A stretch of 64,000 nt of DNA. Origin: Ylistrum balloti. Taxonomy: Eukaryota. The stretch spans positions 806,001 through 870,000 of the forward strand of contig NW_026782129.1 in the NCBI RefSeq assembly GCF_031769215.1. Direction: 5' to 3'. The translations under genes and the position numbers were made by a program. This document shows, in pieces, positions 13,501 through 25,533 of the stretch (position 1 is the stretch's first letter; each line of letters starts with the position of its first letter). The notes below the pieces were generated by a model. The model ran no database searches, was not told the DNA's origin, and worked only from the letters and a program-made list of their open reading frames with translations.

Positions 13501-16500
13501 TGAATCTCATATGAAGTGGAAACAAATGTAGCGTGATGTTTATAAATTATTCATAAATACTTTCTCAAATTCCATGACACAAAGAAGTTATGATGTTACA
13601 ATGGAAACGATGGGAACTTTTAGTCAATTACAGCTAGGTTAAATGACACGTATGTCATGGCAAAAAATATGTAACTGATGATTAACGTGGTAGTGATATG
13701 ATGAACCAAGATCTCCGTAGAATACTGCGTGGTACAGCCCGTTCAAATAAGTACCAATTTGTTGTTAATTATTAAATGCTTATAACACGACGTCAAAGAT
13801 TATTCTACAAATGCCGTTGGTTTTTCGTTTTAATTTCAAACAGTTCAGACATACTTTCATAGTTTAACAATTGATCATAACATTGCTATATCAAGCTATA
13901 TCTATAAACTAGATTGTTGTTTACAATTCATTCAAAGAATTTGTTCGGACATGTAACAAAATGCAGAATAGTGTAAAAGTAGAATTCACAAAGTTAGATA
14001 TACAATTAAAATACTTTTTCAATGTGACATGACCAGGCATACAGTACATGTGGAAATGTAAGGGGCTCGAATTCCTTGTAAATGCGTTTCCATAGCACAG
14101 AAATGTTTCCAGTGTAAACATTGGTATTATCTGCCAGCTAACATTCTGCAGTGGAGAGTAATTGTTTTAATTTGGATGTTTTCCATTGCACGCAATATAT
14201 GATTATCGACCATATATCACTGATTGTTACGTCTGATGATACATATTAAACCTGAAGGACTATATAGATGATAACTTTACACTGGTATACAATGGCTATT
14301 AACCTTGTCTGCCTCTTTACATAACTAATCAGATAAACAAATTATTGTTTAACTATGCTTTATAAAGCGTCATTCATTTCTGGTGATTTTTCTGAAACAG
14401 AATATGATTTCATAACAATATTTCTGATTGAATCACTCAATAAAGCTAGCCTCGTTTTTTCAGTACTGAACAAAGACAAGATTCAAGAAGAAACAATGAC
14501 AATGACGTACATAGGTAAACAATGATTACACTAATATCTGTTAAACGCATGTGATTGTCTGTAATAATATCATTAAAAGGTTTGCAGCTGTTGATATTAC
14601 TTTTTGGCGTTAAGTAAGTGTGAGGGTTTATGTCTGTACATGGCACGGATGCACTTTCAACAGCTGTGCCAATACTGACTCGTTTTGTCTGATTAATTAA
14701 TGTGAAAAATACCTTTATTAACAAAATGGTGCATTCTAAATGCATACTTTTTATTTTATTTTCAACAACATTTCAATAGTGTTAGAATTTGTTGTATTAC
14801 TGTTTCAGAGACGGTGATTGCAGCAGTTCTCGTGGTAGTTGGAGTAACTCTGCTTCCGAACGTTCCACCCTCACCTCCTTCCTATAGTGCAAACGCAGTT
14901 AAGATGGGATATACCAGAGTATTTTTACACGTCAAAAGGTAGAATAGAAGAAAGGATTGCTATTTTCTGCATCATATCAAATTGAAAAGTCATCTCAAAG
15001 GGGTTGAAAGTCTGTCGAAAATTTAAGTACGTCATTGCACTCCTATAAGTAAATCATACATAGATATCTCTATATTTATCTCCAAGATGCAAGAAATGCG
15101 ACTATAATGTATTGTTAATGTCATACAGAACATTTAAGTGTGACTGTTTTTTTTTTATTTCGTCGCCTATTGATGGAATAACCTTTATGTATTAGGTTTG
15201 TTATACTTAATTTCGAACTGATATATTTTATTGTTTAGTTAGATAACATCAGATTATAAATGAATGCAATTGGTGAGCTTTTTTAGTAGTGATAACATAT
15301 AGATGTGTACTTATGTATTTCTTTGAAAGTTAGAAATTTTCTGATTAAACATAAATGTTTCGATTAGATACACACCTGAATCAACGAACGAATTTGAATC
15401 TAGGCTATTTCTGAGCATGTATCTATTAAATGGAATATGACAACTAACAATAACAATACACATGCAAACCAACGGCAAGTTTTTACAGTTTTATTTCTTA
15501 TGAAAGGAAAGCCGGCATTAATTCTCAATAAAAAAAAAAAACCCCAAAAAACAAAAAAACACAAACAGCAACATCCAGTCCCGTAACTCTGCTAACATTA
15601 GCAATTAGATTTATATCCAACGAATCGAAAACATAAAATAGAAATGAAATAACGTGATGCACTACACAACATCTCACTGGCGATTTGTTTTGATTACATT
15701 ATAAAACGAATGAATTCAGACCTCGGCTGGGCGTCCAGAAACGGTACAAAGTGACATACATTAGAAAGACCTTGTAATTAATACATTTTTGATATGTTTA
15801 AATGTAAATGTACATGGTAGTAATAAAAATACACATTTATTTTGGGAACCATTGGATTATGTAGCTGTTCCTTTATTGTAGAAATGACATTATATTCAAA
15901 GACAACAGTAGAAATTGTTCCTGATTGTATTTCATCAGTTTGCTGTAGATATGTTTTGTGATTATTTTAAACACAAACAAGATTGAGAACTTTCTGTGAG
16001 CATTTTTTTTTATCAAAGCGATATCTCTCTGGTAAACCGACGAACGTATGAAGTCGGCTTTAAAGATGACGTAAACATTAATAAATCATTGATTTTTGAT
16101 AGCCAGGATACCGAGGTTGTTTTATCAATACCTCTAAAGAATGATTCATAAATAACATCATTGACTATTATTATGAATGGATTCCTCTCGTCATGCCTAA
16201 CATTCCATCCTCGCTATATTTTCTCAAACACTCGAAAATGTGATTAAAAGTTCACAAATACATTGTCGTTGTTACATCATATGTATTCCAAATAAGATAT
16301 CAATGCGAAACTCAAATAGAAATCACGGGCAAATGTTGGGTCATCTGCATTTAAAAAATGAATATCGTACTATTTTCATTTGTTTTGACTGTTTACCATT
16401 TATGTTTTATTTCTAATAAGGAATGGTTTCCTGTGTTTGCTAATACTTTTTACTGGTGCCGTGGTCGGGATGTATTCCACATGGATTGCCATATTTGAAA

Positions 16501-18540
16501 TAGCGTTTGGCCATCTCGGTGTCTCCCAGGTAACAAGCCTCGATATACACAAGTATGATATTCATAATCATTTTAGAGCAACCTTATGGTCTAACAGTAC
16601 CTTACTGCCATGGTGATAACTGTTTGTTTTAAGTATTTCCTAATCCTGTGATCTAATTAAATAGTAGTCATAGAATGAACCAATAACACTGGTAACATGG
16701 GCTATATGTCTACCATCCAATGTTTCATAAGAGTACGATCGGTACAGTGTTCATTTTCTCTCATTTCGATAGCCCTAACTTTTAATAAAAGAGAATGTAC
16801 TACATCCCCGGATATCGGAAAATACATGATATTTAAATTAGGTTAAAATGGTGTATCATTCTAAAGCCATCAGGGAGTATAATTGCCTTTCACTTCGAAT
16901 GTTGTATTCAATACAGAAAGAAGCTGGATGGCTTGGATTTTCTAGTCTCATAGCAAGCAGTGTTATAGGATTTATATGTGCAAGGTAAGATTGCTCTTTA
17001 ATATATTCGGGTAGTTGTTTTGATTTTTGTTATTATTTCATTTGTTATTATTGTATTGATAAATAAGCATTTATCAGATATGAAGTTACCTTATTAGCAT
17101 TATTTTGTATTTCTATAGTTTGAATTGAGTTACCCATGTTTGATTGTATGCACTAATATGCATACTCATTATTTCACTTCGGGAACTATAAATTGTCAAT
17201 TGCACCGTTTATCTAATTCCATTTTGATTACCCATGCGAACTCTTGAAAATGTGTATTATATGGAATAAAAATAACCTTTGGATGCAATATTTAGGTTTT
17301 CAGACATGTGCGCTCGAAAGTCGAAGACGATCCTAATGTTTATGTTAGTAATTGCCACTGTTATGTACCTTTGGTTGTCGCTGCTGTGTAGTCAGTACAT
17401 CGCCTTTAGCAGAGGTAGGTGATACTGGGAATACATATCGTCAACTCGTTACATATGCCCTACCTCACCCCTATACATCACATATAACACTTGGCCATAG
17501 GTAAGGGACAATCAATTTCAGTTTGAAAATTTTGATGAAAACTAATTTTTCCTTTTGTTAAAATAAGCCTTCTCGTACTCAGTGCAGTGTCTCGTTTTGG
17601 TTTGGTGCCGTTTGCCACAAAGCGATACAACAAATTTAGTGATAACCGGGATTAAACTCGGGTACCCTTTACTCCAAAAAATACAAGTTTGTTTTGCCAT
17701 CAAAAGTAGCATTTGCACATAAAGTACTGGTAAATCATACACGTGATCAAATTGTGTTTAGAAATGGTACGTTGAAAATTGACAAAGGATGAAAGTTGGC
17801 AGACTTCTGAAATGGTTTATTATGGTATGACGTACAGGCAAGTTACTCCACCTCGAAAGACTACAACTAGAGAAAATATAGATAGGCAAGATGAGCCCCA
17901 TTCTCCCATGCGTAAGCTTGTGTTTACCGACCAGTAAAACGCCTTCTGCTGACTAGAGGGCACAAACAAGCAAATACTGCAACTGACACGTGATCACCAG
18001 CGTGCAATATTAGGTCTTGGTTTAGAGCGCCATGGTCTGATGAAAGCCGCTTTTTACATAGTACACAGACAGCAGGTTCTTGTTTTGTAATACGACATAC
18101 CATCAGAATCACATTATGGGATGCTTTTCTCTGAACAGTAAGCTTCTCTTGTATGTCCTTATCATGTCGAAAATGAAATGGGCAGAATACCGTGATAAGA
18201 CCCTTCGAAATTTAGCTGCATTGATTGAGTAGTAACAGAGGTTTCCTCCGAATAAGCTTCGGCGTCTGGTCAATAGTATGAGATTACGGACACAAGAACT
18301 GTACCAAAGGCATGGTGGCTATTCCCGTTATCGTCATTTTTATATCAACTAGAACTCGTTGATAAATTAATCTTCTTGGTTCAGTAACATATTGATGTGA
18401 TTCGATGATGTATCTTGAATAAGAGACAGGTACAGTCATTTTCCCTATAGGCCTGACTTTTGAGAATAAATTGTATATAGACGATGTGAACATTCCTATG
18501 TATCCTGTTGAGAAAATAAAGTTCAATATTTTTCCTGAAT

Positions 18541-18589
<49 letters not shown>

Positions 18590-20213
18590 AAACAAACAAA
18601 ATTAAGCCCAAACTAAAATACAGATTGTCTTTAACATATGGCCAATGTTTTAGATAAATGTCATTTATCATATACGCATGTACATATACTAAATTTACTT
18701 ACATTTACTAAATAAATAGACATAAATTGCATGGACATTGTAAGTGACACGAGTAACAATACAGAAATTGTTAATATTTATCATAGAAGTTGGTTATAGG
18801 CAATGATAAATACTGCTTAATTTTCCATATTTGAAAAGAGATGATTTAAAACCATGTAGGGAAAATACAAGAATGTACAGAACATTCTGATTTTCTGTTT
18901 TTAGAACAGCTGTACGTATCGACGATCCTTGCCTGTGCCTTCCTCAACGGTTGTGTACCGTTACTTTACGAACAAATATGTAACGCTGCTTTTCCAATCC
19001 CAGAGGGTATCATTGTTGGAATATCTGCCATTGTGACAACGTTGGCTGGCATTCTGTATACATTACCGTTGTCTCTCTTCGTGTTTGAAGGTAATTTAAT
19101 ATACAATTGCATCCATGTATCAATATATCATGGCACACATTACATTTTAACATAGTTTTACGCACTGAACACGAGAGGATTACATCCCTTGTAAATTTAT
19201 TGAGTTGTAAATGACACTTTAAATAATAAGAATCACAAACTATCATACAGCTGTTCCGTCCTTCCAGGACGCGTCAGTGATGTTAAGGGCCCAAAAACTG
19301 AAACCTACGAAGCGATAATTTCAGTAGAATATGTATATGCTGAACTGTGTTTCTATTGTAATGAACTAAAACATTGGATGCAGGTTTCGTCACACCCACT
19401 AACTGCAATCTCGAAGATTTGATACACAAACAAATGAATTACACTTTTCAATACCAGTTTAGAGTTCGAAATGAAGTAAATTTCATTATATAGATGTTTT
19501 GTCCTTCAAGGACTCGTCAGTAAAATAATCTGTTAATATGTTAATACAACAAATCAGTGAGAGCGGGCAAGCTTTCACACTTACAAATGTATCCGTATTG
19601 CGCTGTAATTGAACATACTATCCACAGATTGATCTTTGATGTGCTTCCAATAGCTTGTTCTATTAAAATGAAAGCAGATTTTCAGTATTAGTTCAATCGC
19701 TGCGTATAATGTATTAGTTAATCTATTTTTCAAAAATTGAAACGGATTAAACTTCACAGCCGGAGGACAGTCTGTTGAGAAAATGATTTCCAATAAAATG
19801 TTAGTTACAATAAGCAGTACTTTGAAATTTAATGCATTGTTATTGAAAAAAGACTCATCCGTATTTGTTATAGTAATATATTAATTTACATTTAGATGGT
19901 AAATTGCCACTTAACTGTAAGAAAGTGATTTCGTTACTATGTATATCAGGATATATTGTTATGGGATGTTTATTAGATATTCAAATAACGTTCAACATGT
20001 ATATATATTTCAGGTAACACGTGGTTAGAATGGTCATTACTCGTGGCGTGTGTGCTTGGTTGTATTGTCATATTGGTCACTCCCCAGAGAAACGGGCGAG
20101 AAGATATGGATTTGTCTATTCGCGTGACTAAACCTGTGCCTTATGAAAGATTCGGAAAGGAGCACAAAGTCTTGTTTGTGGAGTCTGAAACGAAAGTTCC
20201 AGAGAACGCTTGA
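10542..20213 (+). CDS. SLC49A4: SLC49A4/DIRC2-like MFS transporter, copy B (complete, 12 coding exons, 500 aa)
   Basis: Exons 10542-10788, 11746-11833, 12198-12361, 12749-12815, 13190-13263, 14464-14514, 14809-14938, 16421-16529, 16917-16984, 17296-17414, 18905-19090 and 20014-20213. All introns are GT-AG, phases are compatible, total 1503 nt with no internal stop. Family motifs: RRWWVL...WNTWGPI, MFS motif A (DMKGIR), SAAWFPPKERATAT, PPSPPS before TM7, N-terminal ExxxLL. Confidence 0.93.
10895..11175 (+). mobile_element. Possible non-autonomous Helentron/HINE-like repeat fragment in intron 1 of copy B
   Basis: Starts TTTAGGTCATCCTGA...CGTCCATCGTCGTGCG...CGTAAACTTTTCA, resembling the 5' architecture of molluscan HINE/pearl-type repeats; recalled similarity only. 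Confidence 0.3.
13384..13445. repeat. 31-bp tandem duplication
   Basis: ATCGATT(G/T)TTATCAGTATGTGACTTTGTATT twice, one mismatch. Confidence 0.95.
15670..15960 (+). repeat. Unclassified dispersed repeat, copy 1
   Basis: Shares TCTCACTGG.GA.TTGTT.TGAT...TTCAGACCTCG.C.GGGCGT..AGAAACGGTACAAAGTG with 46425-46690. Confidence 0.75.
17486..18460 (+). mobile_element. Old, heavily decayed Tc1 transposon in intron 10 of copy B
   Basis: Plus-strand peptide relics in the expected order: RKTTTRE (~17855), LTRDH, WSDESRF (18033-18053), TLRNLAALIE**QRFPPNKLRRLVNSMRLRTQELYQRHGGYSRY (to 18331), the last matching the C-terminus of the 54-kb Tc1. Ends are approximate, with only weak TIR similarity. Confidence 0.75.
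18545..18588. repeat. A44 homopolymer followed by (CAAA)n
   Basis: Direct reading. Confidence 0.98.
19241..19282 (-). ncRNA. Minimal type I hammerhead ribozyme motif H2 (decayed)
   Basis: Minus strand CATCA-CTGACGC-GTCC-TGGAA-GGAC-GGAA-CAGCTG-TA-TGATA. A9 and A13 are mutated. Confidence 0.8.
19484..19525 (-). ncRNA. Minimal type I hammerhead ribozyme motif H3 (decayed), 243 nt from H2
   Basis: Minus strand TTTTA-CTGACGA-GTCC-TTGAA-GGAC-AAAA-CATCTA-TA-TAATG. CUGACGA and stem II are intact; G12 is mutated and stem III is damaged. Confidence 0.78.
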
Positions 20214-21992
20214 TACATCAATATGTGTTATATTCTGCTAGAAATGACGAAAAATAGCATTTTGTGACTGATTGTCTAGATAAATATGATAAATGTCGTC
20301 TGTATACATGTACGAAATGTAAATTGATAACCGTTTGTTTCAACATGATTAATTGTTATTTGTTTTATTTTATTTAATTGTTGGTCTTTTGCCGCCTGTA
20401 ATAAATGTTTTTTGTAACATTTGTTTTTGTTTGTTTGCTATTTACAATGGTTTACATTTAGATATACTTTAATGACGTTCGCAGATGTCTCCTGCACCAT
20501 AACAAGTATGAAACTCTTTCTTGCAAACTTGACGCATAGAAGGATGTAATATGAATTAATATATAAAGAGTATTATCATATATGGAGTAGTAAAATATAC
20601 AGAATATATATATATGTAGATATGATGATCGTGGTTAATTGGTTCCAGTATTGTCAAATGTAGAAAAAAAACAAGTGAAAATCTCAACAAAGAAAGATAT
20701 TTGTGTGTACAAAAGACATCACTGGAATCATTGACGTCTATACATTTATAGCGAACACAGCGAGCGCTTTATGGTATTGTGTGTGATAATTCAAAACCAC
20801 CAGGCTTAAGCTACCCATACTATTAACTTTAAACAATGTATTTTAACAGGCAAAATATCTTCAAGCTTTCATGTGGGAATGAAAACTTACTAAAAATCTT
20901 AAATGATTAAAATACATTTAACTAACGTATATGTTAATGGTTTGAAACTCACATGACCAAAATTTCGTTAAAAAATTACAATTTATACCATTCAAGATAA
21001 GTACGTTTGTTCTCCGGTATACCTGATTTCCGATATAAGCTTCGGGAAATACATCGTCTCTTATACGGATGCAGCCGAAAGGTCCGGATTTGACGTGAAA
21101 TATGTCCCGTGTCCTTATTGCATCAAAATTACAACATTTTGATGTACTTACAATAAGTGTTTGAATGTGAGGCACAATAATCGGAAAACCATATATATAT
21201 GTTTTATCTTCTTCGTTTTCAGAAAATGGCAGTTCATGTAATATTAGTAACTTTCTCTTTGCAATTTATTTGAAAATACAATATTTATACTGATTTACAA
21301 TTTATTTTTACTGAATGACAGTTTATAGTAGAATTATCTCAATATTACTATATCTCAGATCGTGAACCAAGGTTAGTCAACATTGCGTAAAAACTGGAAG
21401 TTCTAAGGTACTTTATGATTTGTTAAACAGAAAGGGATTTCTCAATAGTAAAGAGAAAAGAAAACGGTGGGGAGAACACTCGATTTTAATAATAAAAACT
21501 GGTTTAACATATAAGCACTGCCTTTACAAATCTGGCTAAAACTATATTTGTATTCAAACCTGTTTTAACTACTATCTCATTTCTTTTTAAAGCAAAACTA
21601 AAGATAATCCACTCTGTAACTCTTAAAGGGAAAAATTGTACATTTATTTTGAAGTTTTTATTTATTTTTAGAGTCTAGATGTATTTTAGAAGGCTTCATT
21701 CATACATTTTTTTCTTTAAAGAAACATCTGCCTTTGGTAGTAACATTGAAAACAAAAACCAAGATTCCAATATGTCGCTTTCTTTGTTCATTTATTTAAC
21801 AGGTTTAGCGTCCGCTTTTACGGCCTTTCGGCATTTCAGCTTTTCAGCAGAAGAGACAATGTTGTCAGTCCGGTTATTCTTCTTATAAAACAGTGTCTAT
21901 ACACAACTTACACAAGTTACTAAATATCAATTCATTAAAAACTAGACATGTCGACCACATTAGTGAAAGACACAACACTGCTACAGGCGATA

Positions 21993-21995
<3 letters not shown>

Positions 21996-22042
<47 letters not shown>
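21996..22042. repeat. (AT)n microsatellite
   Basis: Direct reading. Confidence 0.98.
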
Positions 22043-22045
<3 letters not shown>

Positions 22046-22387
22046 TCTATCTGCCTACAATCATCTAATTGAATCTCCTTCCTGTAGTAGCAATACAATT
22101 CACTACACTAAGGGCCTTTAAGGCACATATCCCTTATGTCCTTGAGGCCCTTACCCACTAAACACCGCAAGGTTTTACCTTTTTTTATTCCTCCATTTTG
22201 TTTTATTTGTACCTCAACATAAATAACGTCTTTCCACTCTCTTAGAAGAAAAAATGCCAACAGAATTTGGACAAATCAATAAAGTATAATGAATCCAATA
22301 ACATAATGAATAGATATTATATATAAGCGGCAAAATATAGAATAAAATACAGCATGATTTATATATTTGTAAATTCATTACGTTAGT

Positions 22388-22571
22388 NNNNNNNNNNNNN
22401 NNNNNNNNNNNNNNNNNNNNNNNNNNNNNNNNNNNNNNNNNNNNNNNNNNNNNNNNNNNNNNNNNNNNNNNNNNNNNNNNNNNNNNNNNNNNNNNNNNNN
22501 NNNNNNNNNNNNNNNNNNNNNNNNNNNNNNNNNNNNNNNNNNNNNNNNNNNNNNNNNNNNNNNNNNNNNNN
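22388..22571. other. Assembly gap (N run)
   Basis: N characters. Confidence 1.
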
Positions 22572-24859
22572 AAATAATGATAAAAAAAAAACCCCGCTGC
22601 AGTGCAGACATGAATCAGGCTGTTAAAATGTGTATCTTGTTGATCAACTTGCGCTCGCTTTTAGGTAGTGCCAATTTCATATTATGTGCTTTGCAGATGT
22701 CAAACTTCAAGAAGCTTTTGCAGCAATGTGAAATGTGTTTCTTTTTCTTTGAAGCAATTTCACAGGCGGTGAAATTATCATCGTTTAACGTACCTTTTAA
22801 AAATAATTCGTTTTATAACAACATGAATATCTATTACACGAATACCACATAAATCGTGAAAACTAGAATGCTTTGTATTATTCTGAATATTTTACTGTCA
22901 AAATCTTATTGACAAAATACAAAGAAAAGAAAAGAAAGGGGCCACAATCATTACCTATGAAAGCCTTCTTCTTAAAATAACAAACAGTTATGCAGACACA
23001 TCAATCAAATGGTCGGTAGCTTATGGAATGATATTATATGAATAACATGGAGACTGGAATCTAGAGCACAGTTTTACATAAATTTTAACAAAATGCCACC
23101 ATCAGTTATCATCAACGGATGATTAAGTTTTATAATTATGTCAAAATTAAGTGCAACATTTCCCTTAAATGGAGGCAGGCACAGACTCAACCAGTCAGTA
23201 CACTAACAATCCTGTGGCTGGTCCATACAGTTAATAAGCATACCCAATCTTGAAACAGTATTTAAAGATTGAGTGAATGGAAAATCTGAATTAACATATT
23301 AACAGGTTTACACGTTGTCATCATGTGTTATCAAATTTTTGAGTATTTCGATGTAGATAATCATTTAGACTAGAAAGGGAGATAAAGAGGGACTGTCTGT
23401 GAATAGTAAATAGAGGATAATGGAGGCAAAAGTGTGTACATTCATCTACAGGCTGACTTACAGCAATTACAGCCTATCAGCAAAGTGGGAACGGAATAAA
23501 CTAAGTTTAAATTACTAGCAGAGATTCTTAGTTGACATAACTATTAAAATCAACCTGGTGTTTTTCGAAGAGTTCTTGTTAGAGGTACACCAAAGGTTTT
23601 ATTTTGTCGTAGAGGATAATGATTAGTATCATCATTATTGATAAAAGGTTGAATTCAATTAGTAACATTAGGAGGACATCTGAAGTCTCAGATCTTAAAA
23701 AAAGTTGATGTTTTGATGCAAGTATTTTCGTTGAACTATTGGAATTAGGACAGACCCATTATATAGTATGAATGTATGACTCGTGCCCCTTTGTAACGAG
23801 CATTATAACGTGTGAAAATTATGTCTCCCGATTACATATGTTTACTGCGCATGATGTAAATCGCTGATCATTTTTAACGTGTTATTTGCGGGTTGTTCTA
23901 AAATTATTTTCTTTCACTCTGTACCAGCTTCGATAAGCACCTGAGGAAAGATGTCGAATTTCCAGAATTTCACGCCTGCTACAATTGCATCTTAGATGTT
24001 AGATGGATTATACCTTCTTTTTCCTCCTTGACATACCTCCATTTTCACATATCACTAATCAAAATTCAACATAACCAGCAGTTGTGGTCTAAATATAAGC
24101 ACCATATACCAGCAAGATAATGAAAAGTTTGAGGTAAAACCTACACCACGTTTATCACCAGGGCGCTATGGGACTTTTAATCAAAACGTCTTTGATATAA
24201 GTTCCGTAATCATTAAATCAGTGAATGAAAGCTGCAAGCAGGGAAAGTCAAATGGCCTGTACTGATCTCTTGTATAAATTGTTAAAATCTGAATGGGTAA
24301 TATCGCTTGTGACAAGAATTGAAGTTTTGATGTTAGCATTGAGCTACGCCCAACGGCATTTGACAAGCTAAGCTACACAAAGAAGTGTTGAAAATCATTC
24401 TTGTGTGAAATTGTACACCGGCATGTTTAAAGCAACACCAGTGTTCTGGTCAAATCAGGCAAACAACAAATAGTTGAACTTAAATTCAAAACTAATATGA
24501 ATGTGTGACAATATGACCCCAAGTTAAACCGATACGATTAACAATGTATCAACAACGAATGCGACATAAATGGAATTAAAAGTAGTCTAATATGTTATAT
24601 ATACAGTGTTTGAGGAATGTTTTTCATATTTCAATACATGAAATGGCCAACAGGACAGTAAAGATCATATTGTTACTTGTTATGTCGCTTCGATATCTTC
24701 CATTTGATACTAGTGAAGCTCTAACCAGGTTGTTGGTTTGCTTTTGTTTTTAAAGGAATCTGGCTGTAAATAGGACGTAATTCAACATTACAAAAACAAT
24801 CTTTCCAGTCGATAACAAGATCAAAATGCCGATGTGATCATTATGGCCACCATAAAACT

Positions 24860-25270
24860 ACTACATAATCTGTATCATTACGCATCTCTGGAATCCCGTA
24901 TTTTGGGTTTGTATGTCAGTTGCCGACATCTTTGGCAAAAATGAAGATCTTGGGAATTTGGAATCACCAGAGGCATATAAACCCTTCAGGTTTTGAAATA
25001 TTGGGTTATTTTCCAGATATGGAACATTCACAATAGCGAAATTGAAATCGTCACGTTTATCAGCTGGATGGAAAGCTGTCCGTGTTCGTTTCATTGTAGG
25101 AAAAAGAGTCTGCCGTTTGCTTAATTTCCAATACCATTGGGTATATACCATCGACATTGTAAATAGGTCAATATGTCATCAGACGTCATCAATATATCTT
25201 AAAATGAAGAAGAAGGATTTGCAGGCTCTTTGTGATTTGATAGGCATTTGGATATATTCATATTAGTATG
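24860..25270 (-). mobile_element. Penelope-like element, RT fragment
   Basis: Minus-strand LRYIDDV and DKRDDFNFAIVNVPYL. Confidence 0.8.
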
Positions 25271-25491
25271 AAATTAAAAACTAGTAAGTAAAAGAAAGTG
25301 GGATAATTTTTCTCTTAGATATACATATAGTCGTATGGGAGATACTGCGAACCAGATAATCAATCATATTAGGAATTTTTTCTGTGTATATTTTCTCTTT
25401 GATTTGAACATAATTTTAACGAAATACACTTCAGTTTAATTTGAAAGCATGGCTATTGATCACCGTTCATCATTCGTTGAAAGTGAATGTT

Positions 25492-25533
25492 TATAACACA
25501 ATTGTTTCGTCCTTTTGAGACTCAACAGTAATA
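25492..25533 (-). ncRNA. Minimal type I hammerhead ribozyme motif H4 (decayed)
   Basis: Minus strand TATTA-CTGTTGA-GTCT-CAAAA-GGAC-GAAA-CAATTG-TG-TTATA. Stem III is still a palindrome (CAATTG); A6 is mutated and the cleavage nucleotide is G. Confidence 0.78.

Noticed and set aside
17924-18112. Minus-strand ORF with CVLC...HAGDH resembling a BED zinc finger
   Set aside because: It is the antisense shadow of the + strand Tc1 relic (WSDESRF lies on the other strand).
20918-21175. 85-aa minus-strand ORF in a CpG-richer island
   Set aside because: No motif, splice structure or homolog in the window.
22110-22152. Imperfect GC-richer hairpin (AAGGGCCT...GGCCCTT) as a Helitron 3' end or terminator
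   Set aside because: No CTRR end at the expected distance and no second copy; bacterial-type terminators are not relevant here.
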